A model generated the notes under the pieces. The model searched no databases and was not told where the DNA came from. It was given only the letters and a program-made list of their open reading frames with translations. The position numbers and the translations under genes were made by a program. This document shows, piece after piece, positions 62,874 to 64,000 of a DNA stretch of 64,000 bases. The DNA is taken from the IMG/VR virus record IMGVR_UViG_3300050156_000143, positions 160,001-224,000 of that record, one strand, 5' to 3'. The DNA is from a virus. Its lineage: Duplodnaviria > Caudoviricetes. Every line of letters starts with the position of its first letter. Within the stretch, counting starts at the first letter, position 1.

Positions 62874-64000
62874 CCATGAAGTCCAAGAAATATTCTTGCG
62901 GCTTATGGTCACAAACCCGGAATTGTATACTAGAACATTAAACATCTATAACCCGGAGAATTTTGATAAAAAATTCAGAGCTGCTGCACGGCTCATTCGA
63001 GAACACGCTGACAAATACCGGGCATTGCCATCGTCGCTTCAAATTAAGGCCACCTGTGGCGTATCAATTGATCCGGTTGAAGATTACCAAGACGCGGATG
63101 GGCAATGGTTCTTAGACAACTTTGAAGCGTTCACCAAACGCCAAGAACTTGAACGGGCCATTTTGGAATCAGCCAAACTGCTAGAAAAGGGGGAGTTTGG
63201 GACAGTAGAAACCCTTATTAAAAAAGCGGTGCAAATATCTTTGCAGAAGGATATGGGCACTGATTATTTTGCCGATCCTCGTGCTCGGCTTTTGGCATTG
63301 AAATCCACCAACGCACAGTTATCAACCGGGTGGGTAGTTTTAGATGACTTGCTCAATGGTGGGTTTAACCGTGGGGAACTACAGTTATTCACGGGTGGGT
63401 CAGGTGCGGGTAAGAGTTTGTTTATGCAAAATCTTGCAGTCAATTATGTTACCACGGGGTATAACGTAATTTATATCACCTTGGAACTAAACGAAGGACT
63501 ATGTGCAGCACGTATAGATTCCATGATGGCAGACGTTGGCTCAAAAGAGTTGTATCAACGTTTGGATGATGTGGTTTCACGGGTTGCAGAAATTGGAAAA
63601 ACTGCTGGGTCATTTCAACTAAAATACGTACCAGCACAAAGTACCATCAACGATATTCGTGCATATTGCAAAGAGTGGCAGATTCAATCAAAGAAAAAGA
63701 TAGATGTTATCTGTCTTGATTATTTGGACTTGTTGATGCCCTATGGGGCAAAAGTCAGTGCAAGTGATTTGTTTGTTAAAGACAAATATGTGGCAGAAGA
63801 GGCTCGCAATCTTGCAAAAGAATTGAACGTCATTATGATTACTGCCAGCCAATTGAATCGCAGCGCAGTAGAGGAAACCGAATTTGACCACAGTCATATC
63901 TCGGGTGGCATCTCCAAAATCATGACAGCCGACAACATGTTTGGCATTTTTACATCCAGGTCAATGAAAGAGCGTGGCAAATATCAATTGCAGATGATGA
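62857..64000 (+). CDS. replicative DNA helicase (gp41/DnaB-like), 3'-partial
   Basis: Frame from TTG 62857 stays open to the window end: STGW..LD..L.GG, GGSGAGKS, ITLEL, CLDYLDL, TASQLNR, GG.SKI.TAD. Confidence 0.92.
   Translation, partial: MLQEFNHEVQEIFLRLMVTNPELYTRTLNIYNPENFDKKFRAAARLIREHADKYRALPSSLQIKATCGVSIDPVEDYQDADGQWFLDNFEAFTKRQELERAILESAKLLEKGEFGTVETLIKKAVQISLQKDMGTDYFADPRARLLALKSTNAQLSTGWVVLDDLLNGGFNRGELQLFTGGSGAGKSLFMQNLAVNYVTTGYNVIYITLELNEGLCAARIDSMMADVGSKELYQRLDDVVSRVAEIGKTAGSFQLKYVPAQSTINDIRAYCKEWQIQSKKKIDVICLDYLDLLMPYGAKVSASDLFVKDKYVAEEARNLAKELNVIMITASQLNRSAVEETEFDHSHISGGISKIMTADNMFGIFTSRSMKERGKYQLQMM

Noticed and set aside
310-63897. Many antisense or nested ORFs in the six-frame track (for example 2087..2593, 34912..35535, 56058..56723, 56781..57602)
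   Set aside because: They shadow well-supported genes on the other strand or frame and have no motifs
1-64000. CRISPR array or mini-array
   Set aside because: No regularly spaced 23-47 nt repeats with unique spacers in the intergenic gaps; the repeats seen are terminators or local duplications
1-64000. Stop-codon reassignment (TAG/TGA), as in some jumbo phages
   Set aside because: Conserved genes are uninterrupted and end at TAA/TGA/TAG with ATGA overlaps; the two internal stops involve different codons
56076-64000. Inteins or introns in ClpA, DnaE, primase or helicase
   Set aside because: Motif spacing is normal or compact and no intein or homing-endonuclease motifs are seen

Overview
64 kb of a jumbo/large tailed-phage genome (standard genetic code, nearly all genes on +, short overlapping ORFs, T4-type TAAATA late promoters; host probably a proteobacterium, by inference). 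Contents: 8 tRNAs with a tRNA/translation maintenance suite (TilS, Thg1, pol-beta-like NTases, RtcB, Pth2); a proteostasis set (Hsp20 with a ROSE-like leader, ClpS, ClpP, ClpA); a Ter cluster (vWA, TerC, TerD); a coupled RelE-like toxin/NTase/HD-hydrolase operon; an orphan TnpB that seems to lack its RuvC-I motif; three degenerate gp23-like capsid homologues; large families of small paralogues (11 SH3/KOW-like genes); a 1.3 kb structured non-coding region; and a replication module (mini-DnaE, primase, helicase running off the end). The most striking feature is a GC-rich, about 0.8 kb piece of a bacterial BREX operon (brxR tail - intact brxA - brxB head) fused in frame to phage sequence behind a duplicated phage leader. 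Family assignments come from recalled motifs; no database searches were run.
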